This document shows positions 24,066 to 35,900 of a DNA stretch of 64,000 bases, piece by piece (within the stretch, counting starts at the first letter, position 1; every line of letters starts with the position of its first letter). The stretch spans positions 37,386,001-37,450,000 of the forward strand of contig CM060734.1 in NCBI GenBank assembly GCA_030704615.1. The letters are read 5' to 3'. The notes beneath the pieces are model-generated. The model searched no databases. It was given only the letters and a program-made list of their open reading frames with translations, and was not told the DNA's origin. The stretch comes from Takakia lepidozioides. Its lineage: Eukaryota > Plantae > Bryophyta. Both the position numbers and the translations under genes were made by a program.

Positions 24066-27000
24066 GTGCGTGACAGACTGGATTTCTGACTAACTTGATA
24101 CTGCTCTGATTATCGCATCATATCGTGACTGGTTGAGATGATTCTTGAATCTTGAGTTCAATCAATTAGTTCCTCAACCAAACACTCTCCTTCATCCCCT
24201 CAGATATTGCTTTGTACTCTGCTTCCGTAGAGGATAAAGCTACAGTAGCTTGGCGTTTAGAGCTCCATGTAATTGGAGAATCTCCCAACTTGAAAAGATA
24301 CCCAGCTGTCGACCTTCTTGTTTCAGTATCTCCTGCCCAATCTGAGTCCACATAGCCTGTCAAAATCGGTTCCCCTCCCATGTCGTAGGTCAGCCCGTAG
24401 TCAAGAGTGCCTATTATGTATCTCAAGATTTGCTTTACCGCATTCAAATGAGCAACTTGGGGTGTTGGTAAAAATTGACTGACGATGCTTACTGCGATGA
24501 CAATGTCAAATCTGGTTTGGGTGAGATAGATGAGCTTTCCCACCATTCTCCTGTACAGGGTAGCATCACAGTATGGTGAATCCATATCTGTTACAAGTTT
24601 CAGACCATCCTGCATTGGCACTTTGCTTGGGAAGCAATCTGCCATTCCAAATTCCTTGAGAATTTCCTTGGCGTACCTTCTCTGTGTGAGTATAATTTTG
24701 TCCAAGACGTAGACAAATTCCAAACCCAAATTGAGCTTGACACAACCCAAGTTGGTCATCTCAAATGTTGTTTCCAAGATCTCGACCAACTTTGAGAGCT
24801 GCAACTTGAGGTCCCCTGTCAACAGTAGGTCATCCACGTACAAGAGTAGAATCACATATTTCCCTCCATCAAATTTGTAGTAGAGGTTGTGATCATGTTC
24901 ACTTCTTTTGAGTCCTTGTGAAATAAGAAAATTGTGGATGCGTTCATACCAGGCATGTGGAACCTGCTTGAGCCCGTAGAGTGCTCTCCATAATCGACAA
25001 ACCTTGGCCTCCTATCCTTGAGCAAAGAATCCCTCTGGTTGCATCGTATACACTTCTTCTTTTAATTTGCCATTCAGAAAGGCCGTTTTCACATCTAAGT
25101 GCGTGATATCCCATTTTCTCTGAGTTGCACAAGCAACCATCATGCGGATAGTTCCCCACTTCACAACAGGGGCAAACGTTTCTTGACAATCCAATCCCTC
25201 CTGTTGTTCAAAACCTCTAGCCACTATTCGAGCTTTAAGTTTATCAACTTTTCCTGTGGCATAATACTTGGTTTTGAACACCCACTTAGAAGAAATTGGA
25301 ACCTTCCTTGGAGGTAGATCGACTAGTGACCAGGTATTGTTCCTGTAAATTGAATCCATTTCGCTCTCCATGGCCGTTTTCCATCCAGGATTTGAACTGC
25401 TTCTGTAACACTGATGGGTTCTCCTGTGGTGACAGCTTCATGAACAGCCGTAGCTACAAAATAGTCAGTAAGTTTCTGCGGTGCTCCTCTGACTCGAGTT
25501 GACCTTCTTACCTCGGGAGGCTCCAACGTCTGCACAGGTGGATGCTCATGATCGAGTGAAGTTAGAGGTGACGGTTATGGTGAGAGCGGTCTTGCATTAG
25601 GAGACATTGCACTTGTTGAAGAGTCAGAAGCCATATGGGGTAAGTCGACGTCCATTGATTGTTCAATTACTGGAGGTATCTGAGCCAAAGGTGAGGCTAC
25701 TGCTTGGTGCCAAACCTCTAGCGTATCCTTCACTGAGACAAATTGGGTTGGCTTGACTTGACTATCCGGGCCATCGTCTTTTCATCGAATTTTACATCCC
25801 TAGATACTTTGATCTTCCTCAACACAGGGTCAAAGCAACGATCTTTTGAACTAGCATCGTAAGCGACAAAGATGCATCGAGTAGTCTTAGCATCAAGTTT
25901 GCCTCTCATTTCTTTGGGAATATGGACATATGACAAGTAGCCAAATATTCTCAGATGTTTAAGATTTGGTTTGTGTCCACTATACCTCTCTTCCGGTGTT
26001 GAGTCTGGATTCGCACGAGTCGGGCAACGATTCAGCAAGTATGCCGCTGTAGATATGGCCTCCGCCCAGAGATAAGCTGGAATATTATTTTCCAACACAA
26101 TGGACCTGCCTCTCTAGCAATGTGCAATTTTTACGTTCTGAGACGCCATTGTGTTGCGGTGTCCTAGCCTGCGTGAGTTGTCTTTTGATTCCATACTTGG
26201 CGCAGTAGTTATTAAACTCAGTAGAGTAGAACTCACCCCCTCGGTCAGTACGAAGAGCCTTGATCGTGTGCTCGGTCTCACTCTCCACCAATGCCTCGAA
26301 TTCCCGAAATTTTCCAAAGGTTTCGTCTTTGGTCTTGAGAAAATAGACCCAAGTCTTTCTTGAATAATTAGTTGTGAATGTAAGAAAATACTTGGACCCT
26401 GAGAGTATGGAGTAGTCAGTGGGCCGCAAAGATCAGAATGTATCAATTCTAATGTTTGTGTAGCTCTGGTGGTCGACTTCTTGGGAAATCTTTCCCTGGT
26501 TTGCTTGCCGAGTAGACAACTCTCACAGTGAGCTTCTTGAACATGATTCAAAGGGATGCCAACAACTAATTTCTGTTTTATCAAGAACTGTAGGCTCTGA
26601 TAGTTCAAATGTCCCAAACGCTTGTGCCAGACCGCACTTAATTTGCGGTGATACTCCGAGTCATGTGCGTATTCTGAATCTGCAGTAGCTAGATTTATTT
26701 CTAGTTTTCCAGCATCAAGCTTGTACAAGCCATTGTCATTGTCTCTAGTTCCTCTTGCAAGGATTTTTTGAGGATCCTTGCTATTGAAGATGAGACATGA
26801 CTTGGAATCAAAACATACCACACATCCTTTGTCAGCTATGGCTCCAACTAAGAGCAAATTTTTGGTGATACCTGGCATGTAAAGAACATCTCTGATGTCT
26901 TTAAATTCTCCACTAGGGAGGCGGAAAATTACATGACCCTTGCCTTGGACAGGGATTATTTGCCCATTGGCAGTTTTCATTTTTTCACTGTCACTGCTAA

Positions 27001-28017
27001 TCTTCATGGAGTCAAGCGCAGTTCTTTGTCCAGTGACGTGCTGAGTTGCCCCTGAGTGTATGAACCATTCTTCGTTCTCTGCAATCTCAGGCTCAAGGAT
27101 GTAAGCTGCATCGTGGTACTCCTCAATCTCTTTGGTGATCGTGGCAAGGTTGACTTCAAACATTGGATCTTTGGTATCTCCAGTTTTGTCTTCAACGTTC
27201 ATAGCAGCTAGAGCTGCTTCAAACATTGCGCTTGAGTCGTCAAGTTTTTCTTCCCCTCCTGTGGTGGCCTCCTTATGAACCAGCCTGATTAATTTCAACG
27301 TTTAGCTAAGCTCACATGTCACACACAGTAGTTTGTGGAGCTACGCTCACACATCACAGAGTAGTATCTACTATCACGTAGGAATGTTCATGTACTGAGA
27401 GCTAAGCCCACAACCATCCTAGTCAATCGACCTGAGCTGATCAAGCTAATTCTGAAGATGTCATATACACTAAACAAAGCTCAAGTTCAATTAGGAAAAG
27501 AATATTATTTGCAATCAGTACCTTGAGAGCAGGAGCTCATCAACTATAGTTCAAAGCGAACAGAAAAAATGTGAACTGAAAAATACTTTGAGAGCTACGC
27601 TCATCAAGTAGAGATCATCACTAGCATTCACTGGATTAGAGACAAGGCTCTGATACCCATGTAGAAAGCCTTGGTCTGAGTGAAAGGCACATCTCTAGAT
27701 AGATTAAGAATGGACAAGAGTCCAATATATACAGTTTTTGATCGCTAGATCAACGCTGGTGAATAGGTCAACAGGGGCCTTAGCTCAATCTAAATATTAT
27801 GTGGATCATCTTAAACTACTCTACATATATGCATCACATAAATGCCTAATTACTTGACAAGTGTCAAGAACAATCTGTCCAATAGTTGGCTCTACATCGT
27901 AGGAGGAAACTGGGTGCTCTGACTGGCCACTGCAATTGCATACAATTGGAGCACTAATGTCAAGATAAGTCTAAAGCCGAGTATAGTAAATCACTGGTTG
28001 GGAGTGTTATTTCAACA
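24066..28017 (-). mobile_element. Ty1/copia retrotransposon relic: 5' LTR 27660-28017, PBS, gag largely deleted, PR-INT-RT-RH with frameshifts
   Basis: LTR TGTTGA...TACA; PBS TGGGTATCAGAGC. WHKRLGH, LIHSDLCGP, LRTDRGGEF, TPQHNGVSER, KARIVARGF, LDVKTAFLNG, LYVDDLL, YVDSDWAGD and CDNQSSI occur in copia order. Confidence 0.93.
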
Positions 28018-28018
28018 G

Positions 28019-28440
28019 ATGGCAGGTTATGCATAAGGTGGGTATGGCAACATGTATCAACAAATGAGACAGGAACTGGCGATGCCTAACAATGTCACGT
28101 TCATCTGTGTTGTCAAGGCATGTGCAAGCCTAGGTGTCCTGGAAAAGGGCATAGAGATCCATGCTGACATTGATGTTGTTCTGGAGACTTCCCTTGCTAC
28201 TAAGTAATTTATTGTTGGGGGATGCACGTTAAGTTTTTGACAATGTGGCTGAACAAATTGTAGTCTCATGGAATGCAATGGCTGCAGGATACCTTCAGTG
28301 TAGCGAATGGAAGCTTTATCTACAAAATGTTGTTACAAGAAGGAATGACACCTAATAATGCCATCTTCATTTGCATTCTCAATGCATGTGCCAGCCTTGA
28401 AAATGGAAAAAGGGTCCATGAAAATGGAAAAGGGCTTTTG
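28019..28440 (+). pseudogene. Highly degenerate PLS-PPR relic
   Basis: YQQMRQELAMPNNVTFICVVKACASLGVLEKGIEIHADI and EGMTPNNAIFICILNACASLENGKRVH, with stops and deletions. Confidence 0.75.
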
Positions 28441-28725
28441 ATTTCTAATGCTTTTCCACAGTTGAGCAGATCATTCTGAACTCAGTTATGGAATCTTCAA
28501 TCATCTGGATGTAGTGTTGAAGGCTACGTTGAAACTGCCCACGCTCTGCATTCACTGCGTCTGAGGATAGCTGATAAAAAATTGTTGTAGCACTTGTTTT
28601 ACACATTGTACAATCTGAGGTATGTATGTACAGGATCGTTTGGTAGAGTATGAAACGCGAGTAGGATGGAGCGCACTAGATCGCACTACTCTTCTTGGAT
28701 TCAGCCACATTGTCTAGGTGCTCTT

Positions 28726-29399
28726 TTATGTCGCAGCGTTTAGATTTTGAGCACGGCGCTCTCTCACAAGTGCACGCTTTCGGGAGGCATTATCAACTGC
28801 CCGAGCTACCTTCTGTCTTCTCCTCTCTGTAACATACATCCAAGCAGAGGAATTCATGTCAACTTCCACACAATCCTCACAGTAGAAATCTAGTCTACAC
28901 GACTTTCATGCAACCTCATCTAATTCCCAAAAAGAGCTCGAGAAAGGAACTAAACATGGGGAGTCTAGAGATATATATTAGATCGACTGCTTAAAACATT
29001 CAAGAGCTTGGTGTACGATGTACCTGTGGCAGCAGCTTTAATGGAAACAGTGGACTCCTTAGCGGCCACTCTTCGGACAGGGTGGAAGGGATGCGCAATC
29101 CTGTAGAAGCCAAGACGCATGTTAGCCCGCAAGTGCGCCCACTTCTCGCCCATGGCTGCACCAGCAACAGCCATTCTTTGCCCAGCCGCTGCGCCCATGT
29201 CCACAAATTTCACCTTGGGTGCTGCGAGCTTGTTCTTCACGATCGCCGCAGGTGCATTGGTCCTTCCTCTCCCAGCCCTCCTCTTCCTCCATCCAGTGTT
29301 AGCGGTGCTAGTGCGAGCACCTACTGGCCGGGAAGCTTTGCCCCGCACAGCACCATTGCCGTACCCATTTGTGGCGGTTGCCCCATACCCATATGCCAT
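28726..29399 (-). CDS. Small basic protein (158 aa), LEA_1/group-4 LEA-like; exons 29399-29024 and 28826-28726
   Basis: The GT-AG intron gives ...KAAATERRRQKVARAVDNASRKRALVRERRAQNLNAAT*. KVKFVDMGAAAGQRMAVAGAAMGEK and ATERRRQKVARA resemble LEA_1 helices; ABRE boxes lie upstream. Confidence 0.6.
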
Positions 29400-29745
29400 T
29401 CGGGTAGTCTCTCTACCTCCTCAACGAGCTGTAAAACTGACAAACCACCAACTCAAGTCGAGAGTGACAGACAGGGGGAACTAAATCTGTATGCTCAGAG
29501 AGAATGGAGTCGACGTGCACAATCAGAGACGAAATCTAGCTGAAAACTTGCTACGGGAAGATATATATCAGTGTGTAATCGCTGAAGCTGGAAAGATCCA
29601 ACACTAGCCTTGGAATGCAGCGCAAAGAGATCAGAATATGAGGTCGTCAGTGCTGAAGTTCGAAAGAGAGATCTGAGAATATCACAAGGCCTGGACTTCC
29701 TTTTGTAGGCCAGAAACACGCTGACGGTTCCAGATTTTCTCGGTG

Positions 29746-29780
29746 TGCATGACGTGGCATCTCAGGAGCCGCCACGTGGT
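29746..29780. promoter_or_regulatory. RY-like TGCATG plus two ABRE/G-box motifs (GACGTGGC, GCCACGTGG) upstream of the LEA-like gene
   Basis: Motifs read directly, ~350 bp upstream of the ATG at 29399. Confidence 0.6.
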
Positions 29781-31866
29781 GCCGTTATTTCTGGACGGTC
29801 CCACCAGCAAAGATATTGTACACCTGCCTTGTACCGACTGTTAGAGGGACGGACAGGTGTCCATATTTCGTTCATCTGGAAATCATCCCCTTCTAAGCAG
29901 AGTGGCATCTCCCTGTCCAGATAATTGCCTCACTGCTACAGATCGATCCGTATTTTCACACCCGTTGGATAGGAGATTCGATCCGACGGTTCGGGCACCG
30001 GAGACTATATATCGGGAGGGAGGTCCGGGTCTTTTCTGTAGTAGTTGCGCAGAAAGGGAGAGATGTGAGTCATTGTTTGCAGTGAGACTGTGCGAGAGAG
30101 TGTGTGTGTGTGAAGAGAAAGAGGAGACTCTCACCTCAAGTTACATAATACAGTGTCACCCGAGCTAGATTCGATGATGATAATGGTGGGTCAGGGAGAT
30201 CCGGAGGATTTGAGGGCCCATCTAAGGCCTAATGAGGCCTAACGAGTGGCCTTGGGTAAATGAGTTTCAGGTGTTGGTAGCTGATTTGGACTTGGCTCTG
30301 CACATCGCCAACCTATGCAGAGTGGTCAAACTCTTCCGAGGGTTGTGATTCCTCTGTCTCCTGTTATTCAGGCTCTTAGTGCAGAGGAGGGACCAGTAAT
30401 GTCCCCACCCCAAAAAACAATCATTGCCTTACCTACAAATAATGCCTAGGGAGAAGAGCAGCCTTAAATCTCAATGTCAATTTTAAGAATTGACCTTCAG
30501 AAGAGCTGATTTTGGGCCTAATGAATTGGCTGCAAATTGTTCCTGCAAAATCAGATGTGAGGAGCTATGGCCACTTTATGACCCTAATGCTGGCTATCAG
30601 GATTATCCATCAAACGTAGCAGGGCTCCAAGGTCATAACTGGTAAGCCCATTGGCAGATTGTTACATTCTCTATCAGTGATGAAGTGTGATCGCACTTCA
30701 TCATATGGATGGTGCTTACATTACACATGCTAAGTAAAATGACCCACAACACATTGCCTAACGCATGCCCACACTGACCCAGCAGCCACCAGGCCTGACA
30801 CAAAACATATGAAGAGAGTCACAGGCTCATACATGAACATCATCTCCACAGTACAGAGAACAGTGCTCGTTTCTGTGATTAATTCAGGCCTGGCACCCAC
30901 AAAAATTATTGTGAATGGGGAGTCGTACAACCATGACAGTGCGCTAATCAGATGAAGGACACTTAACACTGGATTGGGCAGACCAAAACAGCCATGGGCA
31001 CATTCAACACAGTCACATGAGGGAATGAATTCATATAATATACCAGCAAAGCCCCATCGCAGCCCTGCCAAGGCAGGGGCCAGACCTGCACAGCTACATT
31101 CACTCAATACCCGTCACACATCATACAAAAGAAACTGGACTCCTAAACATACAAAACTATTCGAGAGGCCAAATTAGCAAACACCCAGACATGACATGGG
31201 CAGACATGGTCAATACAACAGAGGGCCAAACATTTCAGCCCACTATACAATCCATCACTCATTCCAGGCAGGTAACATATATGAAAGAAAACACACACAA
31301 GGATCATTGTGGACCAATTTCGAAAGGGAAGGATTAATACACATACCTGAGTTGGGAATTTGCAGACATGCATAGCAGCAACATGTGCGTACATGTACAG
31401 CCCCTTCACAACACAACACCACCAGGTAGCTAGCAGACCACAACATGGATGACTTCCTTGACGAATGGAATGAAGGAGAGATAGTGAACCTGTGCAATCG
31501 ATGGTATATGTGACATGACATATCAGATGCTGGGAAAACAAAGATCCCCACTCATGGTTCATTGCCTAGGCTCACCAGGCTGGATGCATGTACATGCCTA
31601 ATCCACCAAAATGTCAACATCATCCAAATCATTCCCGTTTTCATCAGAGTCTTCTCGATCACTTCCCATCTCATCTCCTGACACATACGGCCCTCACCAG
31701 TATCAGTCCTCACAGTCACATACAAAGAAGCATGCTCCTCTGCACTGATTTCAATGGCTTCACCTTCAACATCGCCACCCACACTTGGGGTGTCCTCAAT
31801 TTGAAGAGGGGGTAATGTTTGCGAGCAAAAGTCCTGCAGGTTGGCAAACAAACTGCAGACATTCAA

Positions 31867-32003
31867 TGTCAGAAAACCGCTGGTGTGTGGTCAGGCTAGG
31901 GATTGAACCTAGGACCTCCCCCACTCCGGTGGGGGTGCTCTACCACTGAGCTACCCGTCCTGTTCTGTTCTCAGAGTGCCGTGCAAGGGCTGTAGCCTTG
32001 ACA
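31867..32003 (-). mobile_element. tRNA-containing mini-LTR (Helenus-type TRIM-like solo LTR) or short tRNA-SINE
   Basis: TGTCA...TGACA termini. 31960-31888 folds as a tRNA-like cloverleaf (box A TAGCTCAGTGGTAGAGC, box B GGTTCAATCC) with an aberrant 8-nt anticodon loop. GGAGG precedes the 5' TG; ACATTCAA is duplicated at 31859-31866 and 32010-32017. Confidence 0.55.
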
Positions 32004-34616
32004 CCTCCAACATTCAAATTCTCTCTCTTTTCTTTTCTGTAAATAGATCAAGGAAAATTCTAGTGTCCAGGTAGATTACCATGGAGTGCCTCCAGACTTC
32101 TCCCTGTAGCCATACCACGGCACGTGGTTATGCTTCTAAGAGTAGACACACCATACACCTAGGTGATGATTGCTAAGTGTCGCCAGTATCAAACGTTGGT
32201 AGTAACAGTACACTCAAGCCCGGGAGTTTGCTGAAGGACAAAATCCATGTATATGTGCTCAGGATGTCTGATACGGCTGTGTACCTCAATACGTGTTGGT
32301 TGTTTCACCAATAATCCCCACAAGAACAAATCCCATCCTGGAAACGGTGAAAGCGGCTGGCGTCCCGAACGATGATCGCTCGCCCAACAATTTTTGAGAT
32401 GAGCTTGGTGGCAGTGTGGCAGTCCCCACACACCCGAAGATTCTTGATGACGCGGATAGGTGTCCCATAGGGCGTGCTGATGAGCCCAAAAGCAATGGCT
32501 AGCCTCTCACTATGGTAGGCAAGAAAAAATTCCTTTTGCTCCTCCTCAACATCATGTAATACTGTGTGTCAGGCACATACCCGGCCTCCTTCATCTGCCC
32601 AGACAATCTCTTCAGTTCAGCATGGATTTCCTCAATTTGTGGATGTAATTTGTCTTCTACACTGAATGAATGCACCTGATTGTGGACCTCAATACAGCTG
32701 CGCCCTGGCTCCTTTCTGACACCTCTGGCCTCCATCATTTTCCTCACTATTGCTTTATCGTCCCACCTGCCAGCTGCTGCATAGATGTTCGAGAGCAACA
32801 CATAAGCTGAAGCGTCCTTTGGATCACACTCCAGAATCTTCTTTGCCACGCGTTCTGCCATCTCAACATTGCCATGGATTCTGGAGGCACCAAGCAAGGC
32901 CCCCCACACCAAAGCACCTGGTTCAACTGGCATTTTATTAATAAATTCTTCTGCCTCGACCAATCGCCCTGCACGGCCAAGAAGGTCCACCATGCAGCCA
33001 AAATGCTCCACTGTAGGAGTGAGTCCATAGTCTCGACTCATTGAGTTGAAATAGTGACTGCCTTCTTCCACTAGGCCTGCATGGCTACATGCAGAGAGAA
33101 GAGATATAAATGTAATATTGTTCGGCTTCATACCATCCTGTTGCATTTGATCAAATAGCTGCAGGGCCTTTCTACCATACCCGTGCTGAGCACACCCTAT
33201 AATCATTGCACTCCATGAGACCACGTCTCGCTCAGCCATATTGTTGAACACTAGACAGGCCTCCCTTACACTCCCACATTTCGCATACATGTTAACAAGG
33301 GCAGTCTCCAAATTAATATATGACGGAATTCCAGCTTTGATAATGTCAGCATGGATCTCTTTGCCCTTCTCCAGGGCCACCATGCTGGCACAAGCATTGA
33401 GAACACAAATGAATGTGACCCTGTCGGGCATCACACCTTCCTGTTGGATTCTGTCATAGATTTTAATGGCCTCTGTGCCACAACCCTGCTGGGCATATCC
33501 TGCTATCATGACGTTCCAGGAAACTACATCCCGTACAGCCATTTTGTCAAATACTTTCAGTGCATCCTTCATGCTCCCACATTTGGCATACATTTCGACA
33601 AGGGCAGTCTCCAGAAAGATGTCTTGCAAAAATCCAGCTTTGATGATGTGAGCATGGGCCTCTTCGCCCTTTTCCAGGGCCCCTAGCCTACCACACGCAT
33701 TGAGCACACATGTAAACGTGACCCTGTCGGGCATCACCCCTGCCTGTTGCATTTGGTCATAGATATCAAGAGCCTCCATTCCACACCCATGTTGAGCATA
33801 TCCAGCGATCATGGTGTTCCAGGAGACCACATTTCGTTGAGCCATATTCTCGAACACTTGCTGCGCATGCTTCATGCTCCCGCATTTGGCATACATGTCA
33901 GCAAGGACAGTCTCTAAAACAATATCTGGCAAAAATCCAGCTTTTAGGATGCAACCATGGACGTCTTTGCCCTTTTCCAGGTTTCCAAGGCTGGCACATG
34001 CATTAAGAATGCAAATGAACATGACTTTGTCAGGAGCCACCCCTTCCCCTATCATTTTCTCATAGATCTCCAAAGCCTCCCTACCAAACCCATGCTGAGC
34101 ATATCCAGAAACCATTACACTCCATGAGACCACAGTTCGCACAGTCATATTGTCAAATACTTGCCGTGCATCCTTTACGCTCCCACATTTGGCATACATG
34201 TCAGCAAGGGCAGTCTCCAGAATGGTGTCTGGCTCAATTCCAGCTTTCACAATGTCAGCATGGACCTCTTCCCCTTTTTCCAGGGCTCGTAGAGTGGCAC
34301 ATGCATGAAGAATGCAAATAAATGTGACCTTGTTGGGTACTACCCCTTCCTGTTGCATTTGCTCATAGATTTTGAAAGCCTCCGTACCACACCCATGCTT
34401 GGCATATCCTGCTATCATTATAGTCCACGTAAACAAATTTCGGCCTGGCATTTTGCCAAACACTTGGCGTGCGTCATCTCTGCAGTTTTCTATACCTTTA
34501 TCTTCTATGTATTGACATTGATTGAAATTGTAGACCAGCAAGCCAGCATCATCTTTCTCGGACCCTGTGCGAGCAAGGATGGGCTCTCTCCTTTCTAATC
34601 GGCATGTGTTTGGCAG

Positions 34617-35168
34617 TAATTACGACATCTTTTTGACCCGGGACTGCCTTGCATATTCAAAGATTAAGCCAGCATCGAAACCTATCCTTACTTCCAGCGT
34701 GAATCATTGGTGAATTTCTACCAGAAGCATGGGATAGCTGTCACTGCCCACACGCCATTGGGTGGTGGGGTTGATAACACGGAATTTGTTGGGCACCGTT
34801 TCGTGTCTTGATGACGCTGTTCTTCAGGTCTGCATCTTCCCTAAGTGCTCCCTTATGAATTATTGACTTCAGTTGTGATTCACTACTCTATGTAAGGCGT
34901 GATCTCTTGCTTCCCTCTCTCTCACACACACACTATAAACACACTACATGGATTGCCAAGAAAGTACAACAAGACACCGGCACAAATTGAGCTGCGCTGG
35001 GGCATTGAGCACAAGACAATTGTCATTCCTAAGTCAGACAAGATGGAGAGATTGAAGTAGAACCTTGATGTCTTTGACTTTGGGTTGACCGATGATGATA
35101 TCAAGCCCTTTGACAAAAGCCTGCGCACCAACAACCCTGAGAAATTTTGGTGTATCAATCTCTTCTGA
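34617..35168 (+). pseudogene. Last two exons plus intron of an aldo-keto reductase (S6PDH/M6PR-like) gene, inside the PPR gene in antisense
   Basis: Exon 34617-34827 NYDIFLTRDCLAYSKIKPA..IETYPYFQRESLV..QKHGIAVTAHTPLGG..GTVSCLDDAVLQ|GT; exon ~34952-35168 KYNKTPAQIELRWGIEHKTIVIPKS..RLK*NLDVFDF..RTNNPEKFW. Contains indels and a stop. Confidence 0.88.
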
Positions 35169-35269
35169 GGATGAGTTTGACTGGTGGGTGTTGCTTACAA
35201 TCTAAATATGTTTGCATGTTTCATCTGCACCTTGAGACACTAACCAATTTCATACTGCCAAGCCCTTAT

Positions 35270-35900
35270 ATTGTACTCATAAGACGTTGTTTGCCGTAGC
35301 CTTGTGGCCATTGACCCCGCGCCCAGTTTGAGCGGGAACAAAAGGGACAGAACCTACCTCTGTCAGGGGCTGACGTTGGTAGTGTGACTTACCATCATAT
35401 ATAGAATTAATCCGGGTTTTCCAGATATCCTCTAGAAATCCCTTCACACAAGCATCAATCTGCTGTGTGTGATTTGCCCAAAAACTAGGCCTCAGGAGGG
35501 CCTGGGCTTTTGGCTCAGCCTCGAGACTTTCAAAGTTGTTAAACAGGGGTACAGGCACAATTCCCTTGATAGAATTGAAGAGAGCGTCTCTTTGGTGAGA
35601 GAACCCCGGACAGTGTATCAGAAAGTGAATACTGTCTTCAGATTGCCCACACAGCGGGCAATTTTACTCTCCATTTCCTCTCTGCTTCTGTTTGCTGTTC
35701 AAAGGTAGGCTTCCTGCCCTGAGTTTAAATTTCAGTCTAGTGCCAAGAGTGGGTAGACCCTTGAGGTCATCCAAGATTTCCTCCCCCATGTCAGTGATTG
35801 GAAACAAGTTCAGGGAAGTTTTCTGCCTAACTTCATTTTCATCAGACAATCTCATGGCAACAGACATGGCTGAGGACACTACAGCCTCTAAGTTAGATTT
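35270..35900 (-). mobile_element. 5'-truncated LINE (RTE/RTEX-like ORF2 C-terminus)
   Basis: KTSL...RLKFKLRAGSLPLN followed by CPLCGQSEDSIHFLIHC...FLEDIWKTR...GRGVNGHKATANNVL*, a CCHC-type LINE C-terminus. The clade assignment is inference. Confidence 0.72.

Noticed and set aside
28775-28795. SINE-A tail-like TTCGGGAGGCAT
   Set aside because: Short match lying in coding exon 2 of the LEA-like gene on the other strand; probably coincidental.
30170-31860. Several 70-140 aa ORFs on both strands
   Set aside because: No recognisable domain or consistent splice model; probably decayed sequence.
31888-31960. Functional tRNA gene
   Set aside because: The anticodon loop is 8 nt without U33, the acceptor stem has a mismatch, and it lies within an element-like unit.
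34476-35900. Ordinary intron or Helitron in the PPR gene
   Set aside because: No GT-AG at the motif-defined junctions and only weak in-phase alternatives; no TC...CTRR ends at an AT target.
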